Positions 26,690-40,470 of a stretch of DNA of 64,000 bases are shown here, in pieces. Position 1 is the first letter of the stretch; every line of letters starts with the position of its first letter. A program made the position numbers and the translations under genes. The stretch spans positions 46,438,001 through 46,502,000 of the forward strand of contig OX597821.1 of NCBI GenBank assembly GCA_951406725.2. Direction: 5' to 3'. Source of the DNA: Octopus vulgaris (Eukaryota). The notes beneath the pieces are model-generated. The model ran no database searches and was not told the origin of the DNA. It was given only the letters and a program-made list of their open reading frames with translations.

Positions 26690-27330
26690 ATGAGTTTAAG
26701 TTGGTGAATGCTGCCATAATCCTTGCCTTCAGTTCATCTTTGGTGCTACCAGGAATTTCGTCGATCTCTCGCTTAACTGCGCCCCACACATAATAACCAA
26801 GTGGGTTGCAATCTGGGGAGTCAGGTGGTCAGATGTTAGGGGTGATGTGTTCGGTCGCAGAAATTGACTGACAACCATGGCAGGTTTCTCCTGCTTGTGT
26901 GACATAGGGTCTTCCAGCAGCCTTACTCTTGACCCAAGACAGTATTATCTCCTTCAGTCACTTGATACAGACCTCCGTGTTGAGTCTGAGGTCGTGAGAG
27001 AGATGAATGGAGGCATAATGTCGCCATCACTAGTGATCACTTCAAACAGTCTGATGTTGACTGGATGTTTCATTTTTATCACTCTCAGTACATGTCCTAA
27101 GACTGACACCTAAATACTCTGAAATGTTCGTATTGGTGCTTCTTGCGCGAATGCCAAGCAGTACATGTAGTTCTCAAATTTCTGGCAGTCATGGTGCTGT
27201 TTTTCTCACAGACGGTTTCCAACTAACCTTTGACCTTACTATACTGTGTAGTTCACAAAATCAAAAACAAACAATGCGCATGCGCGAAATTAAAAATATA
27301 AGATGGCGACAGTTTAGCTATCGCACCCTG
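26690..27330 (-). mobile_element. maT-like Tc1/mariner deletion derivative
   Basis: Terminus CAGGGTG with TA. PNI*PPDSPDCNPLGYYVWGAV motif. Homologous to 4160-4470. Confidence 0.75.
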
Positions 27331-28257
27331 TATTTCCAGCATCAGCACCAAACTTTCTATCTTCAACACCAAAACCACAAAACCATCACGACCACTGGCA
27401 TTACGAACCCACAAACTCCTCAGTGACTAGCAGTAAAAACAATAGAATGAAGAAGATAAGCCATTCCCTGTAAAATAAAATAAAACTAAACGATGACATG
27501 AGATTATGTGATACTCTAGTATATTTAAAAAGTTGAATGAAATGGCTTAAACCTTAAGTCAATGAGGATTTGCTTGAAACCAATACAATTAGCAAAAGAA
27601 TATGATCACCGCTACCACCACTAAATTTTGAATAACTATAGCTAATTACAATAATAGTAAAAGCTTGATAGCATTTGTGTGCGGAAGTGTATTATAGTGT
27701 GGGGTGTTTATGGCTGAAGTCAGAGGTATAAGAGGCGAAGTACCCATGAAATTGCTAACGCTTGAAATATGTGTAGTCATATCCCAGGATGCTCTCACAA
27801 TGCTGTTCTTTCCGGTGCTAATTTTTTACTATGTATTTATTGCAGATAATTGTTGATCGACGCCACTATTGGATTTAACTGCAATTCAAGATGTCTGAAA
27901 AGATTTAACGGCAATTCAAGATGTCTCAAAACAAGTAAAACTGAAGGTGTGTGAGTAGGAACCGCAAAAAAATATTATACAAAATATTAATTTAAGGTTT
28001 CAAATACGGCTTGATGCAGGCGGAAAAAAAATTCTGTCGCATTGCGCAAATATTACAATCATGCGATATCTACGGTAGTGGTGGTAGTGGTGGACAAATA
28101 TATAGAGAAAATGTAAACCAAATACTCAAGAGGTTACTCCCTTAACTTGACGTGGTCAACGCTATGCGTGAAATTGTACGCGGTTACTATGTTTAATTCC
28201 GGCTGGAGTAAATACACACTCACACACACACACACATATATATATACATACATATAT

Positions 28258-28539
28258 AGTGGTTAGGGCAGCGGACTCGCGGTCGTAGGATCGCGGTTTC
28301 GATTCCCAGACCGGGCGTTGTGTGTGTTTATTGAACGAAAACACCTAAAAAGCTCCACGAGGCTCCGGCAGGGGGTGGTGATCCCTGTTGTACTCTTTCA
28401 GCACTCTTTCTCTCACTCTTTCTTCTGTTGGCTTGTTCGCTTAGCCAGCGGGGTGGCGTCATTCGAAGGCTAAAACAATGCGAACGCATTGTGACCAGCG
28501 ATGTGTAGCAACATCTGATGGTCTGGTCGGTCACATGAT

Positions 28540-28543
<4 letters not shown>
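28258..28543 (+). mobile_element. tRNA-derived SINE (another family)
   Basis: tagtggttagggcagcggactcgcggtcgtaggatcgcggtttcgattccc A/B boxes. Lies between TA tracts. Confidence 0.75.
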
Positions 28544-28579
<36 letters not shown>

Positions 28580-28838
28580 GTATATATATATGAATACATG
28601 TATGTGTATGCATATACGTATGTCTGTATATGCGTGGGTATATAAATAATGGAAGGTTAATGTATAGATAATTATATACAGATAGAAACATTTTCATAAT
28701 ATAAATACACTTGTTTCATAATAACCAATTGCCATTTGGTTACTGTGGAACATCTAGTGGCGAAAATATCTTTACAAAATCAAGATTTTATGATGTGCGG
28801 TGGTATTTGATATACTTGTATTCACTTATTATATACAC

Positions 28839-28993
<155 letters not shown>

Positions 28994-29016
28994 TGTGTGT
29001 GTGTGCATGTGTGTGA

Positions 29017-29055
<39 letters not shown>

Positions 29056-29084
29056 ATCTGTAAATGTAATGTGTGACAATTATT

Positions 29085-29164
29085 CGGTAGCCATAATGAA
29101 ACTCCGAGTTTCGGATGTCGGGGTGGAAATCCACGCCGCCATCTCTTCAGTTATCCGGCCACCG
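29085..29164 (-). ncRNA. Type I hammerhead motif, intact core, extended stem I
   Basis: Minus: cggtggcc-ggataa-CTGAAGA-gatggcggcgtgg/ccaccccgacatc-c-GAAA-ctcggag-TT-tcattat-ggctaccg. Confidence 0.75.
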
Positions 29165-29319
29165 GAAAAAATGCTATGAAAATGACTGTGAACCAAAGGG
29201 AAATTACTGTGTGATTGAGCGTGGGTGTGTGGGCGCGCATGTGTAGGTATGGACATGCGCGCTTACGCGAATACTATGTACCTTTTTATCCCCTTACTTT
29301 TACTCCCTCCCCTTACTTA

Positions 29320-29890
29320 GCGGTCATCCTGAACGTTTCCTAAGCCAGGATGAGCGTTGAGTACATCTCTTTGAACCATAGGCAAAGTAACGTTCTATGC
29401 CATGGAAATATACCTCCTCACCTGCTCAAAGAAGGTCACAGTCGTTTCATCTGCAGGGAAATTGATGGCTTCAATTTTTTTCGGATGCAAAAGGCATGGT
29501 GTTTATTGACTACCTTCACAAGAACCACATCATCAGTGGAGAGTACTGTGCCAACTTGCTGAGGCAGTTACGAAGGACGATTGTTTCATCAGGACAATGC
29601 TCCAGCACACAAGTCCTTAGTTTCAATGGCTACTGTGTATGACCGTAGCTTTGAACTAGCTGATTAGCCTCCCTATGCTCTAGATTTGGCTCCATCTGTC
29701 TTTCATCTGTTCCCCAACATGAAAAAGCACTCGGCTGGGAACCAGTATAGCAGTGATGATGATGTCATGTTGCTGTTGATGACTTTTTTTTACCAACAGG
29801 ATGAAAGCTTCTCCCACAAAGTGACACAAGCACTGTTTCACCGATGGAGAAGTGTGCGTACCGCAAGAGGGATTTGGTCACATTCTATAA
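29320..29890 (+). mobile_element. mariner transposase remnant
   Basis: SAGKLMAS.F.D.KG, LFHQDNAPAHKS, PPYALDLAPS.FHLF with stops and frameshifts. Related TIR piece at 30619-30685. Confidence 0.85.
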
Positions 29891-29982
29891 AGTTCTTTCA
29901 GATTCAACAGATTACACACACACACACACACATATATGTGTGTGTGTATATATATATACATTATCTATGTATATCTCTCTTT

Positions 29983-30183
29983 CTCTTTTACTTGTTTCAG
30001 TCAGTTGACTGCGGCCATGCTGGAGCACCGCCTTTAGTCGAACAAATCGACCCCGGGACTTATTCTTTGTAAGCCCAGTACTTATTCTATCGGTCTCTTT
30101 TGCCGAACCGCTAAGTGACGGGGACGTAAACACACCAGCATCGGTTGCCAAGCAATGCTAGGGGGACAAACACAGACACACAA

Positions 30184-30256
<73 letters not shown>

Positions 30257-30419
30257 TACGACAGACTTCTTTCAGTTTCCATCTACCAAATCCACTCACA
30301 AGGCATTGGTCGGCCCGGGGCTATAGCAGAAGACACTTGCCCAAGGTGCCACACAGTGGGACTGAACCCGGAACCATGTGGTTGGTTAGCAAGCTACTTA
30401 CCACACAGCCACTCCTGCG

Positions 30420-30421
<2 letters not shown>
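29983..30421 (-). mobile_element. SINE family B, full length, with internal TA/CA microsatellite
   Basis: Near-identical to 32740-33149 and 59780-60135. Confidence 0.9.
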
Positions 30422-30495
<74 letters not shown>

Positions 30496-30696
30496 TGTAT
30501 ATATGTATGTATTATATGTGTGTCTAGTGTGTGCGTGTGTGTAATTTATTGAATCTGAAAAGACTTCACAAACTGATGCTCAGAATTTCACGCTCCATTT
30601 CGTAAGTATTTAGAACAATACGAGGGTCGGTTAAAATGTTCATGGGCTGACCAAGATATTCTCATAGCATGTGACCAAATGAGTTTTATAATAATA

Positions 30697-31420
30697 CTAG
30701 CAGTATACCCCGGCGTTGCTCGAGCTTGTTTTTTTTAGATGCGCTTAAAACGGCAGACTTTGATGTCGCGTTAACAAAGTTTTGACATAGTTTCAATCTA
30801 TGAATAAAAGTATAGTGTGGCGATGCTCGAGTTTGCTCTCAATGTGCTGTAAATGTGTAATGCCGACTTCAATCGTTGGTATTGTTGGTTAATATTCCTT
30901 CTATTAACATTATGGAGAAAAAAATTACCCGTAGATTTAAAGCAAAATGAACTACACTGAAAATCTATTAAGAAGTTAACACTGCAACAGTATTCATTCA
31001 GAAAAATACAGGAAAATCCGTCGTTCGCTCAAAACTAATGACATCACAAAAATTCTTTTCGACCCTTTAGAATTGGAAGTTTTGAAAATTAAAAATTTTG
31101 CATTATGCAGCTTGTTATTCTCTTTAAGTGAACATGTTTCTGGTTGAAATACACCGAAAAATGGCGACACAGCAGTCAAAAAATCGTAAAAAATAGGGAT
31201 TTTCGTAGAAAAGAAGCACCTTTTTGATGTAAATAATTTTTGGTGTTAACATGGTCCGATTTGAATTTTTTCTTCTACGGAATGAAGAGCAAGCCTTCTT
31301 CTACCATACTCTCAATTTTGGTCAACTTGCACCGCAGGGTCTCGGAGGAGATAGTGTTAGTTGAAGGCTACCAAACCTGCCACACACACACACAGACAAC
31401 TTCAGCTTTATAAATATAGA
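30697..31420 (-). mobile_element. Non-autonomous Helitron-like element
   Basis: Minus strand begins A|TCTATATTTATAAAG and ends with the hairpin ctcgagcaacgccggg...CTAG|T. Confidence 0.75.
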
Positions 31421-31478
31421 TGAGATGCTGTAGAAGAAAAAATACGTAAAAAGCCCTGGGACAATATATTGCCTCTGT

Positions 31479-31523
<45 letters not shown>

Positions 31524-32739
31524 CACCACCACCACCACCACCACCACCATCATCACCACCACCACAACATCACCAATACCAGAATTAGCAGAAGCATCAC
31601 CCATCCACACCGATCAGCATCCACGCCATCACCATTATCAACCATTATCAATACCACCACTGCGAGTCAATGTATTAATTCAACCTGCTAAAAATAACGT
31701 CCTCCATTCTCAAAAAAAAAAAAAAAATAGGACAGAATATGTTAGATCATGTGATCCCTCATCAACAACAATTCCGACATAACCAACCAGCACCCGAATC
31801 ACTAACCACTTTCTCTATAACTATCACTACTAGTATAATTGTGACTATTGCCACCAACTTCACCCATCATCACTGCAACCGTTACTACAAGCGCCATCAC
31901 CATCATGTTCATAACAACGATCGTCATCACCAGCTTCACAAGCCACCGTCACCATCGTCACTACATCCACCATTATTGCCTGCCCCACTCACTGATGTCC
32001 ATACTGGGACAGAGAGATTGAAATACAAAGGGATTCGAAGAGTGAATCGCGGTGGGAGTCATAGATAGACGCAGGTTTATTGAGAGGGGAGATAAATCTT
32101 TTGTTACAGTAGGGGACATCAATCATGGATTTGATCATGACCGTCGTAGCGTTGGTAATCACTATCATCGTGGCGGCTGTGGTATGGGTTACTGTGATGG
32201 TGGTCCTAATGGTGACACTGGTGGTAATGGTAGTAGTACTGATGGTGTAGGTGGCAATGGTAGTAGCGATAGTGACTGTCATTGTTATTGAGGGTGGCGA
32301 TATCTGTGGTGGTGGTGGTGGTTGTGGTGGTGGTGGTGGTGAGGATTATTAATTCTTGTTCTGCAGGTGGTAGTGCAAATAGTGTTGTTAAAGATAATGG
32401 AGATGATTACACTTATTGCACTTATTGGCAATAGCGTGATATATTATAAAGATGAAGAAACTCGTATTAACATTGGTCGTGGAGATGAGGAGAAGTAAGT
32501 GGGTAATTATGCAGTGATAACGGTGGGCGGTGTAATGTAGCGATGCTTGTGGTGAGGTCTAACGGCCGTTGGAAGTAGATGGGTTGAATTAGAACTGGAG
32601 ATAGAGACGGAGAAAGAATAAAGAGTGAGCGAACGATTTGCGAAAATAGGGTGAGGGGGGGAAGAAATAGAGAGGAGGCGGAACTGGAGAGAGGAATTGG
32701 CGAGTTAGGATGTGAAATGAGCCAAAAATATACGTATAC

Positions 32740-32947
32740 TCTTTTACTCTTTTACTTGTTTCAGTCAGTTGACTGCGGCCATGCTGGAGCACCACCTTTA
32801 GTCGTGCAACTCGACCCCGGGACTTATTCTTTGTAAGCCCAGTACTTATTCTATCGGTCTCTTTTGCCGAACCGCTAAGTAACGGGGACATAAACACACC
32901 AGCATCGGTTGTCAAACAATGTTGGTGGGACAAACACAGACACACAA

Positions 32948-32978
<31 letters not shown>

Positions 32979-33149
32979 CATATATACGACAGGCTTCTTT
33001 CAGTTTCCGTCTACCAAATCCACTCACAAGGCATTGGTCGGCCCGGCGCTATAGCAGAAGACACTTGCCCAAGATGCCACGCAGTGGGACTGAACTCGGA
33101 ACCATGTGGTTGGTTAGCAAGCTACTTACCACACAGCCACTCCTGCGCC
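32740..33149 (-). mobile_element. SINE family B, full length
   Basis: Matches 29983-30421. Confidence 0.9.
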
Positions 33150-34037
33150 TATGTTAACGTATGTTAACAAGGAAAATTATTATTATTATTATTGGTTTTT
33201 GATATCATATACATACTACAAATAAGTAACACAAGGAAAAAAGGCAATAAGAAAATTAAAATGCCAAGCAACGAAAACTTACAGATAAAAAGTATAAAGA
33301 CAAGACAAGAAACGAAGAGAGGCAATGGTTTGTTTCGATGAAACTCTAGAATGTGACTCATCCAACCATTCTACAGATTGACCGCAAGGTGTGTAATAAA
33401 CTGCAACGAGCATATAAGCATTTATGTGGATTTCTATATACGCGCGCGTGTGTGTGTGGATAAATGGATAAAGAGAGACAAAGCGAGAGAGAAGATTCCC
33501 ACAAGATGTGTAATAACTGTACTATTTATTTTTGCATGTGTGCATGCTTGCCCGTATGTATGTATGTATGTATGATTTTATATCTATGTGTGTGTATGTA
33601 TACGACTATATGTTGATGTCTGTACACACACATGCATACTCACGCGCACACACACACACACACATACACATATGTGTTAAGGTACTTGAAACATAATATA
33701 TACACGACGTACAACTATCTCTAAGAAAGTAATACCATTTTATTGTAGAAATTAACAGGTTCAATGCCACAAAGCGATCAGTAGTTAAAATTTCTTACTT
33801 TTGATATCCGAAGATACTAATCTAGAATGTAAAAAATAGCAATCTAATTCAAGCAATTTACACACACACACTGATTTTTTTAGTAATTGATTTTGTGTTT
33901 ATTAGATATATGACACTCTTCTACAACAATGTAGCCTGTCATTGATTCGATAATATGGTTGCAATAAAAAAGATTTAGGAGTGGAATGCTTTGTCGTATC
34001 TGAAGTCAAAAAAATTCTGGTGGCGCATCGCATCAAA

Positions 34038-34081
<44 letters not shown>

Positions 34082-34196
34082 AATTCAGGGTGAATATTTG
34101 ATAAATGTATGCACCTGTATATGCCAGCTAGTAGCAGAGGTGAGAGTATATATATATCAAATGAAATAAAATAAAAAACAGGACACATAGGATGTC

Positions 34197-34288
34197 GCGG
34201 TACACATGTTTCGAACTTTATAGAACAACTTATTCTTACATCAATGTATAATCGACATAACAGATAGTTTAAAGCCCTCTTCACCCGC
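34197..34288 (-). ncRNA. Degenerate type I hammerhead motif (C3G)
   Basis: Minus: gcgg-GTGAAGA-gggcttta...taaagttc-GAAA-catgtg-TA-ccgc. Confidence 0.68.
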
Positions 34289-34439
34289 ATGCAATTGCTA
34301 CACCAAAGACTTGTATCACATTATGAAAGGTTTGAGAAAGAACATTTGGTATTATTTATAATGGTAGGTAAACTGAGTATCACTGAGAAAGTATGTTTGT
34401 AAATCTTCATAATCAAATAGGTGTACAGGGTATTATTGG

Positions 34440-34532
34440 ACTCCAAAAATCCGTCCATACCGTTTTCTCACTCAATATGGCCTGGACCAATCTTTGGTCA
34501 AAACATATCTAAGTTTATCTAAGTTTATCTAA
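34440..34532 (+). mobile_element. LINE 3' tail with stem-loop and (tttatctaag)n
   Basis: ctggaccaatctttggtc...tatctaagtttatctaagtttatctaa is the reverse complement of 58369-58412. Confidence 0.65.
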
Positions 34533-34922
34533 TTTTAATTATAAGAAATTTAAAACTACAATTAATACTATTAATACATGTATATACATAAACCTAACTT
34601 TAGACAACTCGTATACTTACTATCAAACAACAAAACTATCGCTAAGTAATATCTTACGAATAAACTTAAATTTAATATCTAATAATATAGAAAATTACGA
34701 TAATTAGATCATTACATAAACAACGATATTTATATAAGAAAAATATTATTACACCAAAGACGTATAAAATATTAAAATTTACAATTTAAAGATCTTAAAT
34801 ATAAATAAATACTTATCTTAGCGAAGTTTTGTAATTTTTAACTTTTATATTTTTAAATTAATTTTATGTATTGGCTTATGTTTTTCACTGTTTGATTTGC
34901 CTAATAGTGGTTTTATCTCTAA

Positions 34923-34987
<65 letters not shown>

Positions 34988-34993
<6 letters not shown>

Positions 34994-35320
34994 GTTTCAA
35001 AAGCCTGTGTCACATTACGACACTGTATATCTTAATAACTATTGAGGATATTAAAAGACAATTTATATTTCCTGAAAGTTAATATTTCCACGTTTCTATA
35101 CAGGTTTTTACAGGTATTCAATGGGAGCGCCGCGGGTTTCACGACACACATCCAAGCGATAATCCAATCCTTGCCAAACGCGACCAAGCGTAGCGTTGTC
35201 GATAGTTACGAAGGCTTCAGTTATTCGAGTCTCCAGATCATCCATGTCTCTTGGAAGGGGAAGCATAGCGGGGTGGGAGATCATATAGAGACGACGCGTT
35301 GTTCGCTGTACCAAAAGTAG
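34988..35320 (-). mobile_element. Tc1/mariner-superfamily C-terminal fragment
   Basis: LETRITEAF..I....LGRVW..LDYRLDVCRETRGAPIEYL. Confidence 0.7.
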
Positions 35321-35349
35321 CATCGTAGAAATAGAAAGATATAAGAAAA

Positions 35350-37300
35350 AACTTTTTAAATTCTTTAGGAAATTTGGATTGGAAATTGAAATAGAAAAAC
35401 ATCACAAAGTAATAAAATTCCTAGGCGTAAAGCTTAGCCTCATCGATGATAAATTAGAACCGTTCCATAATCCGAGGATCCAGCCACCCGGAACATATAC
35501 AGTGAAGCATCCTAAGAAGCGGATATTCGATATGCACGCCGAATATTACAGGTCACCACTGGCTAGAGCGGGATATAAGGATAGAATTATATATATATAT
35601 ATACAGAACAAGACAGAGAAGACACGATACCCAGAAGGCATTAATAATAGTGGGGGATATTCATCGAAATAACCGCAGAATACCAGAACCTAGAAAAATG
35701 GTAATTATAATAGGAACCAGAGGGGAACGAAAAAGCGATAACACTAAAAGCGATAGATTTAAAACAGAACCCACGAAACTACAGCCAAAGTTAAGAAGAA
35801 GCGCACCATTAAACGCCAATAGTAATAATGATAGCAAAGCAATATAATACCTCAAAATACCAAATAGATATATTTGAAAGAAAAAAAATGGAAGAATAAC
35901 TGAAATTATTTGGTTTAACCCAATCTTCAATTCACAAGGGATATCCACAATAGGCCAGGAATTCATTGCAGCATTAGATAGGTACTTTCCGAGATCTTCC
36001 AAATATAGTCATCAATAGACATAATATAAAATTAGCATACGCGACCTCTCACAATCTAGAATACCAGATACACAAACAAAATGACTCAAAACTAAATAGA
36101 ATAAAGCCAGAAGGGAAATACGAAACACCCGAAATATATAACGCTGTACACGACGATAGAAAAGTTGCAAGTAGGGGTAATAAAAGCTCACCAATAGCAA
36201 AAATGGACCCGAACAGCATCACACAACTACAGGTACAATCCACACATAAAGAAAATGAGTACAGAATTACAGGATGAAAAAGAAAGAAGACCACCAGTAG
36301 TAACTCCACGGGAAGAACGGAAAAAATATCCTGTGTACCTTCTGACGTAAAGAGGAATGCATATTTAACAACTGTATGATAAGGAATGTAGAGTACAAAT
36401 GTGAGGTGAAGACAGGAACGCAGAAATACGAATACATTGGAGGCACCGGAGACACCAGGAAAAATCGTCTGCGTAACTATCTCTCATAATTTTCCAATAT
36501 AAATAAAAGGCACTCGACATCTCTATCGAGCCTCGTCTAGAGGCTCGAACAGAAATGAGTGGAACATGCGACTCACTGGTTCATTGTAAAAAAACAATGC
36601 TGCACCATATAATGGAACATTACGAGTATGCAACCTACGCCTAGAAGAAATCCTGGAAATCATCACATTCAGGGAACACGTGACAAATAGGCATTCTGAG
36701 GCGATCATATCATGTAAACATAAGAGCAAAACACCGTTTCTGGAATTTGAAAAAAAGTATTTTGAAACGAAATATTTTGAAAATAGCACCTTGAAATGAA
36801 ATCACACATTAAAGAACAGAGAAGGAACATAAACAGATAAACAAAACCCACCAATATTTAGGATGTTATACTCTATTCCACCAGAATCAATGAAAAGGTC
36901 ACCATGAGAAAGTATCATTTATCAATTCAGTCAGTAAACCCCCAACAGCTGCTGGCTATAGTAGCAATACTAAAGGACCTGTTCGCTTCAGAATTTATTG
37001 AAGATAATCATGCTTTAAATGAAAACTAACAAAAGAATGTGCTACCCATGCTTAACATCTGCTGATTGAATAGCAAAATAAGTCCAACACTACCACACAC
37101 ACCTCCATCCCCATATAACTACCATTCTTTCCTCTATTTCCATCATTTTCCCCTCCTCCCCGCTGAATACACACAAAAACACCCACAGATAGAACGGACT
37201 GCACTGTAATCATCCCAGGAATGCGGACTTTGATCTTAAGAGATAGGTCATTTGGGGAAACGCGCGTAGCAATGCATTAAATGTTTATAAATTCCATTGA
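35350..37300 (+). mobile_element. Penelope-like element remnant (RT thumb, linker, GIY-YIG, 3' pLTR)
   Basis: IKFLGV, IIWFNPIF, DRYFP, VEYKCEV..KYEYIGGTG, CNLRLEE. Homologous to 5780-7100. Confidence 0.8.
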
Positions 37301-37539
37301 TAGATTATAGTTATCATTATATTTATCCTACATTATACCGGTTCAGCTCGATACAACCGCGAAAAACTGGTTCACCAGTCAGCATCATTACACTGTGGCC
37401 GGCATATTCAAAACATTTCTCATAAACAAATATATATATATATATATTTGAAAGTGGATGAAGATTATTTAATACAGTTTTTGAAGTGTAAAGGTGATTT
37501 TTTTTCTTGACTTTTCCCGTTTTTTACAGCTATCCAAAA

Positions 37540-37984
37540 ACAGTTGTGCGAGATGTTTGGAGTTCTGATGGAAGTCTTCGAACCTTTGAATTTTATTCAA
37601 CCAATGCATTTAATCCATCATGCCGAATAACTGATTTTGGCCTACCCCTTGGTTTATTTTCAAGGCTATCATCTCATGAAAGAGAGCTTTGGAACCATCT
37701 CTGAACAGTTCCGATATCAACAAAACCCTTACCAAAGGCCCGCTTGATATTCCGTAGAGCTTCTGCTGCAGAGTGACCTACTTGGTACTTATACGAGAAA
37801 ATCACTCAACATAGATTGGTTGTTATCATTTTCATAAGGTCTGTAGGCACAAAAATTTGTATATCAATATTGTTGGGAAAGAAAAAGAGCCAAGATTAAA
37901 TGCAAGGTATACATAATTGAGTTTTTAAATGACTGAAATAACAAGTAATTAAAAATGCGACATTTCATGTGAAACAACCTAATA
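37540..37984 (-). mobile_element. mariner N-terminal fragment with left TIR
   Basis: GHSAAEALRNI, TVQRWFQK, KPRGRPK on minus. End ...aaacaacctaa-TA. Confidence 0.7.
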
Positions 37985-38218
37985 TATTATGAGGCCAGAG
38001 GTTAATCAGGAAACGCAAATTACACTGGATGTACCGTTCATAATATACTTCGGATCTACGCAAGGGGCAGGTGAGATGAATAATAAATAAATAAATAAAT
38101 AACAATAGATGGATAATGTGTCAACCCGCTACAGCTGTTTCCAACTAATTTTTAATAGATCAATGGAGACATTACATCATTAAAAAATCCGTTTTCATCA
38201 AGTGTATATATGAATCAC

Positions 38219-38404
38219 AACATTCAAAAACATTCGAAAGCCAACGGCATGTGCCACTTCATGCTTCTTTAACCATTGTCTGTCATAATTTTAGAAAAGT
38301 GGCGTTTTGTCATAAAATTTTCTATAAATTCTACAAAATTCTATGACAGACAAGGATCATACAATCGTGAAGTGGCTTTTGAATGTTTTAATGTTTTTGA
38401 ATGT
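38219..38404. repeat. Imperfect fold-back, MITE-like palindrome
   Basis: acattcaaaaacatt..gccacttca..ttgtctgtcata pairs with tatgacagacaa..tgaagtggc..aatgtttttgaatgt. Confidence 0.7.
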
Positions 38405-39090
38405 AGATTTCGATTATATCAGAATTTAATATGAAAAAACATAGTGGAATAGTGCACATAAATATTGACAAACATCGAAAAATATTGTAATGCGTGTCAC
38501 TACGTATGCGTATGTGCTCACCATTTTTCTCTTTACATCAGGTTCTTATATAATCAAACTTTACACACTCTGAAAGGCATTTGTAGAAACTTTCATTTAG
38601 AAATACCGTTTTCGGAAAGCTATGAGGAAACATAGCCGACTCCTTTGAATTTTTTTAACCTCTTCTCCCCATAGCACCTAAACATTTTTTTGAAAACAAA
38701 TTCTGATGCATTTGGAATCAACTGTATCTGAGATGTATTCGTAGAAAATTTCATTGAAACATATCAATTGTTTTGGACGCTTCGAGAAAACGAAGTCGGT
38801 GGGGCACATTTGTGTATGTATGCCAATTGCTTTACAATGATTTACGTTGCTATTTATATATCTACATATCAGCTAACTCTGTAAACAGTATATAAGCTAA
38901 CTTATGTAAACAGTATATAATTATCTAACTGCTTGTTAAAATAAACAAAGAATATACTTCTGTCGTTTGGTCTGCATCAAAATGATGAAAATAATGTGAA
39001 TGAGATGGGGTAAAGGTATTTACGAGGATATTGTATTTAGTAACGGACAATTACTGTACTAAAAATGCATCGCAGTATATATGTGTGTGT

Positions 39091-39145
<55 letters not shown>

Positions 39146-39551
39146 TAATAATAATAATAATTATTATTATTATTATTATCATCATCATCATCATCATCAT
39201 TATCATCATCATCATCATCATCAACATCATCATCATCATTATTATTATTATTATTATTACCCTGCGCTGAATAACAACATGGATGTGCTACACTGGGCTC
39301 CCCATTCAAAAACAAATCTAATCTAATAACATCAACGAAATTGGTTAAAGGAACCTGTGGAAGTCTTGTAGGAAGCGATATTTTAACGAAAATAATGAAA
39401 AAAAAAAACGAAATTTTACTGCCAGACAAAGTTTCTCCTATGCACGATGTGTCAGTGACACATGTGCGAAACATACACGCGAAATCAACATCGGAAAGTT
39501 TACAAATTATGAAATAGAAATGGAACAAAACAGTAAGTGCATAAATTGAGT

Positions 39552-39705
39552 AGTTCTATATTTAAGAGATGAAGAAATATGCACATTGTTTACATTATTT
39601 ACATTATTTACATTTGACGGACACTTGTCCTCACAGGTATATGGCGTAGTGGTTAAGAGCGCAGGCTACTAACCCCAAGATTCCGAGTTCGATTCCAGGC
39701 AGTGA

Positions 39706-39798
<93 letters not shown>

Positions 39799-39875
39799 CA
39801 ACAACATCGAAAATACCTTAGGAATGAGAACCCAGGTTCGAAATTTCCCCAAGACATCTGATATCATCCGAAACT
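39552..39875 (+). mobile_element. tRNA-headed (AAT)n SINE with deleted HHR, preceded by its own inverted tail
   Basis: 39635-39709 tRNA-like head (TGGCGTAGTGG, GAGTTCGATTCC, ACT in the anticodon position), then (AAT)n, then the sequence shared with 15590-15650. 39552-39633 is the reverse complement of the tail at 15695-15768. Confidence 0.8.
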
Positions 39876-40055
39876 TTGGGCAATAACTATTTCAAAAAAG
39901 TCCGTCCTCTCTGTCCCAGCCTGTACACACACACACACGCACATACATACATGTGTATTTGTGTGTATGCAAACACATGTATAGTTAGACAGGGAAAGCG
40001 AAAGAGAGAAAAGTATTTTAAATGTATTGATTGATTTAGTTCACGTGAAGAATCA

Positions 40056-40470
40056 GGCATGGCTGTGTGGTAAGAAGTTTGCTTCCCAGCCACATAGTTC
40101 CGGGTTCTGTCCCACCGCATGGCACTTTGAGCAAGTGTCTACTACTATAGCCTCGGGCTGACCACAGTCTTGTAAATGAATTTGGTAGATGGAAACTGAA
40201 AGAAGCCCGTCGTATGTGTGTGTGTATGTGCATGCGTGCGCTAGTGCGTATCTTTCTGTTTGTATTTGTCTCCCACCACAGCTTGAAAACTGTTTTATTG
40301 GTATGTTTGCATACCCGTATAATCTAGCGATTCGGCAAAAGTGAACGGTAGAATAAGTGCAAGGCTGTAAAAGACGTACTGGAGTCAAGTCATTCGACAA
40401 CAAACTCTTCAAGCTGGTGTCCCATTATGGCCGCAATCTAATGACTGAAACGACAACATGAAATGATAAA
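40056..40470 (+). mobile_element. SINE family B, diverged
   Basis: ggcatggctgtgtggtaagaagtttgc...gactgaaac. Confidence 0.8.

Noticed and set aside
27872-27931. 30-bp tandem duplication (similar ones near 11878 and 38871)
   Set aside because: Ordinary local slippage with no further structure.
31480-32560. Large inverted repeat (ACC-rich left half, GGT-rich right half)
   Set aside because: Only compositional symmetry of low-complexity tracts; no alignable arms seen.
37201-37275. Hammerhead at the 3' end of the Penelope remnant (GAAA-cgcgcg-TA; homologue near 5815)
   Set aside because: Only the 3' half is recognisable and CUGANGA is missing in both copies. Counted as a half motif only.
39635-39709. 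Functional tRNA-Ser(ACT)
   Set aside because: Poor acceptor and anticodon stems, no long variable arm, and fused to a repeat body. Treated as a SINE head.
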